Of a stretch of DNA of 64,000 nt, positions 25,877 through 38,172 are shown one piece after another. Numbering within the stretch: position 1 is the stretch's first letter; every line of letters begins with the position of its first letter. Under the pieces are notes generated by a model that was not told the DNA's origin, did not search any database, and saw only the letters and a program-made list of their open reading frames with translations. Source of the DNA: Carcharhinus amblyrhynchos (lineage: Eukaryota); the NCBI GenBank assembly GCA_965287045.1, contig OZ336882.1:40300001-40364000 (forward strand), read 5' to 3'. The position numbers and the translations under genes were made by a program.

Positions 25877-25995
25877 GGCTGGAAATTTCTGACCTCACCC
25901 ATGGCTGCAGTGAATGGAGATTTGGCCAAGCGCCAAATTCTCTGTTCTTACTGGCAGCGGTGGAAGGGCATGAGTGATATCAGAAAATTCTAGCT
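25877..25995. mobile_element. MITE-like palindromic element (~120 bp)
   Basis: Termini ggctggaaatttctga / tcagaaaattctagc; internal hairpin; inverted second copy at 61991-62114. Confidence 0.6.
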
Positions 25996-26739
25996 GAAAT
26001 AGCCATCCATGGCTGCAAAACGATTTCAAGCCATCTGGTGTTTCAATTGATTGTTATAAATGAGCACTGAGCCATACAGATCAATAACGTTCCATATTCA
26101 AATATGCGCCAAATATTGAAGAAAAACTGTTGTGACTATGTACCCCTTGCCATGCAGCTGTTGAGATGTTGCTGAGGGTAATATTTGTCATGGCTATTCC
26201 ATCATTCCTGTGCAAGGCTATGACTTTTATTGATATAAAATATATTGTTAAAGTTGATGTTTCACGTTTCTGATGCTTCACTGCCTGATCTCCTCCCATT
26301 GCTAAAATGTGTAACCATCAAAGGTTTTGAGATTTGACAATCTCAATTTTGAGTGGAGAGGCAACTGAATTAAATATTAACATTCTCTGATGATATGGTA
26401 TTGCATGTTTGGGCACTAGAACCAGTGATAAAAATGTTGTGTTGTACAGCATATCTTTTGAAATGTGTAACCTCCATGGGTGGATCCTGCAAAGTAGGAT
26501 CTCTGGCTGAGATCCTCTGTTACCACCTGCAGCAGGAGAGGCAGCCAAAACTCCAGTGATTTTCGACAGAACTGGAAAGAAAATGGCTGTGGGTGGGTCC
26601 AGAAAATCTCCTTTTTTTTTCAGAGCAGCTTGCTTGAACAAGCTTTTTGGCAATGGTTTGGTTAGATGACTTATCCTGCAAACATCATAAAGACCCTTCC
26701 ACCCACCCATCAAGTCTGCATTGACAATAGCTACCAGTA

Positions 26740-27280
26740 AAGTCACACTAACTCCATTTTCCTGTACTTTGTCCCATATCCTTGAATGTTATGATATTTC
26801 AACTGCTCATCCAAATATTGTTTAAAGGTTGTAAGGTTTCCAGCCTCCATTATATTCCCAGGCAACGTGTTCCAGATTCTCACCACCCTCTAGGTGAAAT
26901 TTTTTTCCTCAAATCCCCCCCCGAATCTCCTGTGCCTCACCCCAAACAATGCCCCCTCATGATTGACCCCTCAACCAAGGGGAACAGCTGCTTCCTATTC
27001 ACCCTGTCTATACTAATCATAATCTTGTACACCTCAGACATGCCCCCATCTCAGCCTTCTCTGCTCTAAAGGAAACAAACCAAGCTTATTCAATCTCATC
27101 TTGTAGTTCAAATGCTCCATCCCAGACAACATCTTGGTGAATCCCCTCTAGTCCACCACACCTTTCCTCCAGTGATGTGGCCAGAACTGCACACAGTACT
27201 CTAGCTGTGACCTAACCAATGTTCTGTACTGCTCCAGCATTACTTCCTTTGTCAAGTACTCTTATACTTTGTCATGACTG
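26740..27280 (-). mobile_element. CR1 LINE fragment
   Basis: Reverse complement resembles 44830-45340 (ccagaactgcacacagtactc = EYCVQFW). Confidence 0.75.
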
Positions 27281-27579
27281 ATTAACAGCAATTTTCACCA
27301 GTAGGCTGGAATTGCAGTTTCCAGCCAAGCTTTTTTTTTGTTCATAGGATTTGGGTATTGCTGGCAAATCCAGCATTTGTTACCCGTCCCGAATTATCCT
27401 TGAGAGCAGTTAAGAGTCAGCTGTGTTGCTGTAGGTTTGCAGTCACATGTAGGCCAGACTAGGTAAAGACAGGAGATTTCCTTCCCAATGGACATGAGAC
27501 AATCAGTTGCGTTTTTACATCAATTGATGATTTCAACATCGCCAATAACAAGACTAGCTTTCAATTTCAGATTCAATTT

Positions 27580-28370
27580 GCAAAATCACAATCTTTACAA
27601 TGCAGAAGGAGGCCATTTGGCCCATCAGTCTGCATTGGCTCATTGAAATCCCACCCCCTGACTTATTCCCGTAACCTTTTTTCCCTTTCCAGCTTGCAAT
27701 CCAATTCCCTTTTGAATACCCGGATTGAACCTGTCTCCACTACCCTTACAGGAAGTTTGTTCAGACTCCAATCACCCTCTGGATGAAAATTCATTTTCCA
27801 CGCACCATTTTCGCTCTGTTTACTCATTATTTTGAATCTGTACCTTCTAGTTCTCAGTGTAATCTTGAGAGGGAAGTTTTTTGCTATTTATCCTCTTCAT
27901 ATCCCTTAAGAATTTGAATACCTGTAACTTTCTATTCTCCAAAGAGAGTCACAACCTCTCCAATTTATCCTCAGTGCTACAGTTGCTTACCCCTGGAATC
28001 ATTGTGACCCTCCTCTGTGCACTCTCCAATGTTTTCACATCTTCCTTCAAATATGTCACTCAGAACTGGAAGCATGCTCCAGATGAGGGCCAACTAGTGT
28101 CTTATACAAGTTCAACATGACCTTCTTTCTATTGTGCTCAATGTCTCTATTGATAAAATCTTTATTAACTGCTCTCTCCACATGTCCTGCCACCTTCAAT
28201 AACTTGTATACACAAACACCAATGTCCTTCTGTTCCAGCACTTCCTTTTAGAGTTCCTTCCTTTTGTTTTATACTGTATTTCCACACTCTTCCTGCCAAA
28301 ATAAATCACCTTTTGCTTTTCTCCGTTGAACTTCTTCTGCCCAGTCCACTAGTATGTCTATGTTAATTTG
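27580..28370 (-). mobile_element. CR1 LINE 3' fragment
   Basis: ORF 28056..28241 DIGVCVYKLLKVAGHVERAVNK...MLNLYKTLVGPHLE is homologous to the 44220 ORF; CR1 3' end at ~27590. Confidence 0.8.
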
Positions 28371-29186
28371 ACTTAATATTCATTAGCTGCTCTGATCAGA
28401 TTTGAACCCATCTGCCCAGAGCCTTTGGCTACCTTTTATGGATTAATAACCAATGGTACCACTACATCATCATCATCTCCCAACTAAAACATATTTAAAT
28501 GCAAAACATCTGTTTTTGTGGGAATACACTGAAAAACTTTTTTTGAAATGTACTTTTAATCAAATTAGTAACAATGTTTTTCAGGCTTTTGGGGTAATAT
28601 TGGTCCCAACAGTTCATCGATAGTTACAAGTAGGAACTGATTTTGAAAATAAATTGTGCACTTTTTTCTCTGAACATGTACTGAGTAATTCCTATGGGAG
28701 TTCAATGCTTCAATGATAATGTTTTAAATTGTATGCTACCCACACCCCTCCCTGTGGAGATTTTCTAGCATACTTCTGTGGTGAGGTAATGGACTTTGGA
28801 CAGAACATCAGGGATTTATTTCCAAGATGATTTTTCATTTTTTTTAAGAAAACTAAGCTAACAAGAGTAAAAATCTGATGTTGATTTGCAGGTGAAAATC
28901 TGAAAGTTTGTCAATCTGTCTTCTATTGGTGACTGCTGAGATTGTATAACCTTGTATATATCATAGAACACAGTTTAAAAACAATAAGGAAATTACTGTG
29001 ACGTAACTCAAAATGTGTTTGTGCTTGTGTCCCTAAACATTTGTATGTATTGTCCTCCGGATTTAAGTATTGACTTACAGTTATCGCGAACTCTCAGTAC
29101 TTTGTTGAAATTACCACCCTAAATTTGGGCAGGAAATATAAAAACAAGAAATCGGAGCAATTGCCACTCAGTGAGATCATGGCTGA

Positions 29187-29445
29187 TTGACATGGGGATC
29201 ACTTGCCTCAGAACGCACAAACTGGAGAAGAAGCATGTGTGAAGACGCCAGTCACTTCAAGTGTCACTGGGTGGGGCACACAGAGACCAAGTGTAAACAG
29301 CAGAGAGTGCCCAATGCAGAGCGTCCCACCCATCCACCTTGTCAAACACCACCTGCCAAACCTATGGCAGTTTGCATACAGTTCAGCCACTACAGAACCC
29401 ACCTCCCTGGAGTCCTAAGGACTGTGGAAGAAAGAGAAGGCTTTT
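29187..29445 (+). mobile_element. RTE-clade LINE 3' fragment nested in a minus-strand CR1 3' end (~29140-29850)
   Basis: WGSLASERTNWRRSM resembles the RTE WExLAxDRxxWR motif, followed by a decayed SHxRTH zinc-finger-like end; CR1 sequence resumes at ~29447. Confidence 0.6.
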
Positions 29446-32400
29446 TTTGTAGACTTAACTCCACCTTCCTGCCTGTCCCTTTTAACCTTGATTCCCTTGT
29501 TGATCAAAAATCTGCCTGATTAAGCTTTGATTTTGTCCAGTGACCCACCCTCATTTGTAGTGAAAATAATTCAAATTTTAATGATTCCCTAGAAAGAAAT
29601 TCCTCCTTGTCTGGCTTAAGTGGAGACCATTTATTTTTAAACTGTGCCCCCTAGTTCTAGATTCTTCCAACAGGAGGAAACATTCTCTGAGTATCTACCC
29701 CGTCGAGTACCCTCTGAATCTATTATGTTGTGGTAAGATCACCTCTTGCTCTTCCATACAGTATAGGCCCAGCTTTCTCAACATTTCTTCATAAGACAAA
29801 TCCTTTGTCCCAAGAATCAGTCAAGTGAACCTTCCTTTTGAATTCCGGTATGGATTTTTGAAGAATGCCCTCTCTGTATTTCCATATTTTTGTGAAGAAG
29901 TGGTGAAGGAAAATTGGTGCTGCCACTCGCACCATTTTCTAACCTGGCACTGGTGGCAGTAATCATACCTCTGCTTTAAATTTTGGATTTAACTACCTCA
30001 CCACCTATTGCCTGTTGACATGAAAGTTGTCCCGCTCTTTATTATTTTAACCCTGACTTCATATCCTGCCCATTTCCCAGCCCTATGTTCCCTTAAGCAC
30101 CAATACAAAGTAGATCCCTTCAAATGTCTGATGGAAGCTATTTCCCTGCTGCCATCAGAGTTTTGAATGGACCTATCTTTATATTAAGCTGATCTTTCTC
30201 TACATCCTAGCTATCAGTACAACACTATAGTGTGCACTGTCTCCTTTTCTTCTCCCCATTTAGCCAATAAACACTATGCTTTGATTGCATAGTGCACGAG
30301 AAACAACACTTTTCACCATCAAGTTTTACTTCTATTCCATGACGTGGATTATATGTGATAAACAACTTTAATTTGTGTATTGTAATGTCTTTCATTAGCA
30401 CTTCTTATTCAAACCAAATGCTTAAATAAAATGTACCTCCAAGGAATTTTTAGTACTCCTTAATATGGAAGCACTTAACAGTTTAGAACCTTGGACCATG
30501 AAGAATGGAATCCTATTTCTTGCTTCAATATTGGAGCTTGTTAGTTTTTTTCTTTTAAAGGGAAAGGCAATCTAACTTTAATTATCCATGCTTGAAATGG
30601 GGCTGATGTTAGGCCAAAGATTTGGCAATAATGTGAATTTGAATTGTAAAATCAGATTGTGGGCATAATTATGTTCTGTACTTTTCAGGAAGGGTTGGTA
30701 CATTTCCTTGAATCTAGCACATAATATTGAAAGACTGTTTGGAAATAATAATGGAAAACAAAACGAGGTTCAGTTTTGTTGAACTTGGATCATGATTCTT
30801 GTTGCATGATTTGAAACAAAAAACTTCAGTCTTCGAAGCCCAGTGCATTTTTAAAAAAAATTCTGCGTGTGACTTAATATTTTTGTTGTGTCCTTTTCAC
30901 AAAGACCTTTTAGCAACCTGTAGCTCTATTGCATGCTATTTTAAAACCAGACTTGTTAACACTGCCTAAATTATGAAAGGACATTTTATCACTTTACTGT
31001 TTATAGAAACTTAGATCAGATTGTTTCTGATAGAATTCCATAACTAGTTACTGAGGTTCTGATTTTAACAGTGTAATTTTTGGGAGATAGGGAAACTATT
31101 TTCTTTAATCAGAGCTTTCGTCCTAAAAGTTTTACTGTTAAACAAAGCTTATTTTGTCCACATCTTTTGAATAGCTTTCTTTCAGCCCTGAATTAGGCAG
31201 TGATACAAGTTGTGGCTTTCTCGTTTGGTGTCATGTAAAGTACACTGCAAGAAAATGCAAAGATACAAATACCCTCCCACCCCCCAGGATGATGTAAGAA
31301 TGGAAGGGAGGAAATAATGGTGTGAAGAAGTTGGAAAGATGTCTCAACTGTTCCACTGAAAATGTGTGCCTCTTGCTGATTGGCTAAATATGCCGGTGAA
31401 CAACGAGAATTTGCATCGTTATGAATGCCTGACTTTTTATGGTCTGAATTTTCAGTTGGGATGCCTTGGAAGCCATTTAATTATGGTGGCTGGGACCCCG
31501 TTCCCAATCACATTCCCAGTGCTTTTGGCTTTTGGGACTGCCTTTTAAGGGTGTGGCTAGTTTGGGTCACAAGCTCTGCATCCTGCACTCCCAACCTGGC
31601 CGGCTCCATTGCAGGGATAGGCAAGTCCTAATCCTCTCAGTTTTCATAGAGTTAGAACAGGTTTTCAGTGTGTTGTGATTCATAGCACACCAGAGGTGTC
31701 ATGAACTGTATGAGGAAGCCTTTTCAAAAGTTAAGTTTTTAAAATGTCATACTCATACCCTCCGTGCCAGGATAGGCCCCTCATGCCAATTTGTGACAAA
31801 TCCACACTTACTGATCTACCATAAACCACATAGAACCAATAGACTCACACGTGACAAAAGGATATGTAAACAAAATCTTTAAAAATAAACTGTAAATCAT
31901 AACTTTCTATTGTTTTAACAAAAATAATTTTATTGCAGCACAATAAGTGTAAATCATCCAGACAATTAAACGCTTCAATAGCTGAATCTGCAAGCTATAG
32001 AAACTGCTTAATCTTGTGTAAACAAATGTTGTGCAATTGACAGCAGAGTTCACAGTCAGAGCTGTGCCATGTTTTCTCTGGGATTGAGGTATTTTAATGA
32101 ACTGCCTCTTTAGCCAATTCTTATTATATACATTCATGGATGAGAACCTAGATGTCTGTTAGAGTACTAAAACAGCTGAACCCCTGTTTCTTTCAATTTA
32201 AGATAAAACAGGATGCACTAAAATGGGGGAATGATGTGAAGTTGTACTTACTTTACCCAGTGTGATTTGGTTGCCATAGAGATAGGGGTTTATGCCTTAT
32301 TGAAAGTCAGGTGTGAACTTTAATGCTTGGACACAAAGGAGCGTGCAGCTGTTCTTGCTTGCAGACTCTTAAGGCAACCAGGCCAAAAAGTGATGTTATG

Positions 32401-35180
32401 CCAGGTGGAGGAAAAAATAGTCTTATTTAGGACTCCTTACCAGCATTCTGCTGTGATGGCATAACTCGTTTTGAAGGAGGGAGTAACTATTAAAATTGCA
32501 ATTTATTCACTTTGTTACTTTCCTTTTGAGAATGACGTAATGTCAAAGCAAATGCGGACGCCTTCATGTGGGGGGACTACTTTGAGCAAGTAAGTATCTG
32601 TGGAGGTACAGGGAAGAATTGAATGTTTATACTAAATCACACATAATAATACAATTTGGATAGTAATTCCACTGTGGAATGTGCTGTAATTAGTTTAGCA
32701 CCATTGTCTAAAAATAGGGACTAGTTGTTCCAGAGTTTATTGGGTTAATTTAAAGGATTAGTTGGCTTGAAATAAACTCATTTGTAACTTAAACCAGAAA
32801 CTTTGATATTAATGTGAATGCTCATAATATGATGGCATGGAATTCGGACGTAGTAATGCTGCAGTCCTTCAGTTCCTTTGTCAACGTTTGGAGGAATTCA
32901 CTAATTGCAGGAGCACATGAGGCAGCATCCAAGTTGGAGAATATAATGATTTGAAGTTTGAAAAACATGATCTTCTCAACCTCCAAAGTAACGTTGAGGT
33001 TGGAGGCTGTATATCATTCTTATCTCTTCTGCAGCCTAGATGGCAAATACAATTTAATCTGGAGAAGTGGAGATAATATACTTTAAGTGGTGATCAGTAG
33101 GAAGGGGGAAGCATGTAGTGGGTAAATAAATGTAATAGAAATATGCTGCAGAACTTTGATGGAAACAAATGGTTTTGCAAGTGAGTGTGTAACTAAATGA
33201 AGCCATACCACTATGCCCCATTAAAAGGATGTACGTAATACTCAAAAATGCAGTAAGGCACCAGCAGAATTACTTCCTTTGCATCTTAAAATATTTTTGA
33301 TGTATGGTGTGACTCTTAAACAAGCACAATTGAAGGATGTTCTCATTTTAAGTGTAGGGGGCATGACCAGATTTGTGGTGCAGATTTATTCAGGCAGAGG
33401 ATTTGATGGATAGTCATAAAAGTTTGAGAGATTTTGGCATATTTGTGGTGATGTACAATTGCATTAAGATCAGATTATACATGCCTCTGCATGAAAATGC
33501 ATAGGAAACGAGTCTTGAATTTTGAGTTGATTGAATGCAAATGCGTTTTGATTATATTACAACTTTTTTCTTTACTTAAAACATCAGAATAGAGGAAGTA
33601 AAGGAAAGATGCAGAAAGCCTTCATTAATTTCCCATGTTTACAGTAAATTGTAGCCTGATGAACGATTTGAGCTATTGATATTGTTTTTTGACTTGTTTC
33701 TAGAGTCACAACTATTGGCGCCAGTTTGTGAACAAAGCGGTGTCTGCTTCATGTTCGTGTTAACAAACTTGGCAGTTTTCAGCAGGCTGTTAAATAGAGC
33801 GTGACATGTTGACATGTTAACAAAATGCTCTAGCACAAGGTGGGTGTACAAAGCCTGTCAAACCATTTAGGTACCACTAGAAATGCAGCTCCAGCTAGCT
33901 GACTATGGGGTGACATTCGTTGGAGAAATCAGTCCATTGCTTTGTCCTTAAGAATGAACAATCTAAATTGCCACCTTTCAAAGTGAGGCAAGTGACATCT
34001 CTAATCAATATTATCCTTGGCCAGATTTTCACTTCCAAGGTGGGTAGCACAAGACAACAAATTTCCTGGCTCAATACCTCCACTTCGAGAGAAACCCATC
34101 TAATGACAGGACCTTCGCTCTGGCAATTGGGGTGTAGCACTGAGTTGGGCATACCATGCCACAACACCGATCAGATGTGACCATGGGCTGCCAGATGAGG
34201 CTACTGCAAAGGTACGCCTAATTTGCCAGGACTTCATCCCAATTGTTTCATTAAATTTTAGGGCCTCTAGCCTCATCTTTCATGCCCCACACTCTATGCC
34301 AATTAATCCATCACCCTTGACCCTTATGCCTTCCATGTAAACTCAACTCATCTGGTATCCATATGCCTGTATCAGTGAGATTTGGGGAAAAAAAACTCTT
34401 CTTGCAGTCATAACTACGTGTTGACGTTTCTCCAAGTGTCATTGTGAAAGCTTAAGCTGATTTCCACAAGCTGTAATGGTGAGGTACTGGTGGTGGAGGT
34501 CCTCAGTTCACAGTTGGATTAACTGCTCGGAGGTTTTTGAGGGATTAACTATCTTTGCAGGTCCAGAATGGGCAGACCTTAGGAGTCAGATTGAGATTAA
34601 TTACAAGGTTTAAATACAAATTGCAGCCCATTCCAAGCTTTAACGCTCCTTTTTTTTAATTCAAACAAATAAATTTCTCCTCATAACCCCACATCAATGA
34701 CAGCTAATCCTTTAATACCCGACTTGATCAATCAGTCTAACAATGAACAGAGTCCATTCTGCCTCACCCACCAAAATAATTATAGCTTGTGGAAAGCAGC
34801 CAAGCATTCACAATAGCCATTGGGGAAATGTCAGTATACAGTTATTGTGAATGCTAGTACTGGGTATTTTCAACTCTCACTGATGCAGACCACTTTAAAG
34901 GCCTTAATATTGGTGTGGGTGGGCTTCCTGTCCAAAGCCCCTGTCTGCTTTATTGTGGAATTGCATCTAGGTTGGAGCAAGCAAGATCCTGGAAAGAATC
35001 TTGTCCATGCAATTTTACGCCCACCTCTTCCTCCTCCCGCCACTTCCCCAAGATTAAAAACAGAAATGAATTGACAGATTTACCCAAAACTATTCAGACC
35101 AGTAGCATGACCAAGTTAATGAAAATATATTTAGTCAAATACCTTCTTTGTAAAGCTGAAACCAAAGTTAAGAAATCTTT

Positions 35181-35288
35181 GGGCGGGATTTTATGGCGTC
35201 ACTTCTCCCTAATCCGTAAAACTCTTTTTCATGCTCCACCCCTCGCCCGCACCAATCCCATGGCGGGCAGGATGATAAACTTCTAGCC
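35181..35288. mobile_element. MITE-like element
   Basis: Imperfect terminal inverted repeats gggcgggattttat / ataaacttctagcc; GC-rich island. Confidence 0.45.
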
Positions 35289-36009
35289 AGTGTTTTTTCA
35301 TTTGTTCAGGAGATGTGGGCATTGGTGGCTGGGCCAGCATTTATTGTCCATTCCTAGTTGCCCTTTAATAGAGTAGTTTGCTAGGCTGTTTCATTGGGCA
35401 TCTAAGAGACAACCACATTTCTATAGGTCTAGAGTCACATGGAGGCCAGACCAAATAAGGGTGGCAGATTTCCTTCCCAAAAGGGCATTAGTGAACCGGA
35501 TGTGTTTTAACAACAATCAGTGATGGTATCATGGTCATCATTGGAACATTGTAGTTCCAGATTTTTTTTAATTTAAATGTCATCATGTGCCATGGTGGGA
35601 GTCAGAATACCATTCCCCTGAGTCTGGGTTTGGGAAGACCAGTCTGGGTCTCTGGATTACTACTCGATTACCTGGTTCGAAACAGTGCAGAGAGAAATTT
35701 GAATAGCTTCTACGAGCTTTTCTTTTCCCTTCACTGTTACACCCCGCCTCCCACCCTATGATTTCTTGGTATTGTATTCGATGGTAGTTTAAGGCTTTTA
35801 CACCTTAACCTACACTGACCATTAACAAGTCATCTTGCCAATGGTGCTATAGAGGTCACCACAATTTATTTCCATTCAATCAGGCAGAAATATGTTACTG
35901 TAATTTAAATTAGTTTTATGTGGCTTTAAAAAGATGACTTGGAGCAATGATGTGTCTCACTTCACTGACAAGCCTCTAAAACATGAATTATAATCTCTCT
36001 GTCTCTCTC

Positions 36010-36740
36010 TTGGGCAGTTCTTTGGAGTTGAGGATGAGTTGCTTCCATACTAATGAGTTCCTATGTGACTGAGGAGTATGGTGCATGTCCTACACCCTCT
36101 GTCACAGGTGGATGGGGTGCCCAGGTTGCAATGCACACCTTTCGCAGCTTGTTCTTTGTAATGAAACTCAAGGTGTTCAACTGCTTCCCGAATGCTTTTT
36201 ATCCACTTTGGTGTAGTGGTTAGCACTGTTGCCGCACAGCGCCAGGGACCTAGGTTTGATTCCTGGCTTGGAGTTTGCGCATTCTCCCCATGTCTGTGTG
36301 GGTTTCCTCCGGGTGCTCCAGTTTCCTCCCACAATCGGAAAGATGTGCTGGTTAGGCGCATTGGCATGCTCAATTCTCCCTCGGTGTACCCGAACAGGTG
36401 CTGGAATGTAGCAACTAGGCAACTTCATTGCGGTGCTAATGTAAGCTTACTTGTGACTAATAAATAAACTTTATTTACTTCATTTGGTCTTGGACCCAGG
36501 GTCCCTAGGTGTCAATAGGGCTGTTGCATTTTATCAAGGAGCTTTGGGTGGTATCCTAGGGTTCTCTTGCCACGTTGGAGCTCGCGGTAGAGCAATTGTT
36601 TTGGAAGTCTCGTGTCAGGCACGTGGGTGATGTGGCCTGCCCAGCAAAGCTGATTGAGTGTGGTCAGTTCTTTGAAGATAGGGATGTTGGTCTGAGCAAG
36701 AACACTGACATTGTCGCACCTATCCCTAGTGTTTAGCTGT
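36010..36740 (-). mobile_element. RTE-clade LINE 3' fragment interrupted by a SINE
   Basis: Minus strand of ~36560-36660 encodes WAGH..xPDTRLPKQLLYxEL..GKR, an RTE C-terminal motif. Confidence 0.7.
36207..36475 (+). mobile_element. V-SINE with alternative (type B) tail
   Basis: A-box tggtgtagtgg, B-box-like gtttgattcc, V-domain, tail cttgtgactaataaataaac. Confidence 0.8.
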
Positions 36741-36784
36741 CCAGATCATCCCCCATGCTAACATTATAGTTAAGCCCACTAACC

Positions 36785-37330
36785 CCTCTACTTTCTCAGA
36801 AGGCTCAGGAAATTTGGCATGTCAGCTACAACTCTCACCAATTTTTACAGATGCATCGTAGAAAGCATTCTTCATGGTTGTATCACAGCTTGATATGGCT
36901 CCTGCTCTGCCCAAGACAGCAAGGAGCTACAAAAAATTGTGAATGTAGCCCAATCCATCACTCAAACCAGCCTCCCATCCATTGACTCTGTCTACACTTC
37001 CCGCTGCCTTGGCAAAGCAGCCAGCATAATTAAGGACCCCACACACCTCAGACATTCTTCCACCTTCTTCCGTTGGGAAAGAAATACCAAGCCTGAGGTC
37101 ACATACCAAATGACTCAAGAACAGCTTCTTCCCTGCTGCCATCAGACTTTGGAATGGACCTATCTTGCATTAAGTTGATCTTTCTCTGCACCCTAGTTAT
37201 AACTGTAACACTACATTCTGCAACATCACTGTTCCTTCTCTATGCATGGTATGCTTTTTCTGTATAACATGCAAGAAACAATACTTTTCACTGTATACTA
37301 ATACATGTGACAATAATAAATCAAATCAAA
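36785..37330 (+). mobile_element. Rex1/Babar-clade LINE 3' fragment
   Basis: Encodes LYFLRRLRKFGMSATTLTNFYRCIVESIL.GCITA*YGSCS; ends aataataaatcaaatcaaa; second 3' UTR copy at ~30140-30320. Confidence 0.75.
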
Positions 37331-37889
37331 CCTGTCCTGTCATTTGACCAGGAAATACCAAGACTGGTTTGAGAACAACCAGGAGATCCAAGAGCTGAGA
37401 AGCCACAAGTGCAAGGCTTTTCTGAACCAGCAATCCAACATGAAAGCAGCTGTACAGTTGGCTGAAAGCTGAGATCCAGCAAAAAAAAATCCACGGCCTA
37501 ATTGCAACAGAAGCTTGCTTAAAGCATAGGAAGATTAGCCCGCAGTCTGTTTCCTGTTTATACCATTGCATGCACAAGTTTCCGGATAGGTTATCTGGGT
37601 GTTTAGGCAGAGTACATGTTGCAATAGTTATAAACTGTCACTTCATCAGTCATTTTACGATTGGGGGTGTTGTGTTATCTTGAGCTGGGGTCGGTGCTAA
37701 AGTAAAACCGCTTTAAATATACTGACTGAAAGAATGATACTAAGGTAAATGGAGCTGTGCAGGCAAACCTTTTTTTAAAGAAGAAATAATTTGAAAGATG
37801 ATCAGGTAGAGAATCTGGTACATGGGAGCCTGGCTTGTCATTACTTAAATTCTGACTGAAAATGCAGAGTTTTGTTTGCTGTTGGATCA

Positions 37890-38172
37890 TTGAATCACTA
37901 CATTGCAGAAGAAGACCATTCGGCCCCTCGAGTCTGCACCAACCAGAATCTTACCCAGGCCCTATTCCCATAAAACCACATATTTACCCTGCTAATCCCC
38001 CTGACACTAGAGGCAATTTAACATAGCCAATCAACTTAACTAACATATTTGGACAGTAGAAGGAAACCAGCCCAGACATGGAGAGAATGTGAAAGCTCCA
38101 CATATACAGTGACCCGAAGCTGGAATTGAACCCGGGTCCTTCGGGCTTTGAGGTAGATTAGCACTGTGCTGC
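37890..38172 (-). mobile_element. V-SINE (HE1-like)
   Basis: ggaattgaacccgggtcc (reverse B-box); same body as 8172 copy. Confidence 0.8.

Noticed and set aside
35451-35460. Perfect CArG CCAAATAAGG
   Set aside because: Isolated, inside a decayed SINE, within chance expectation.
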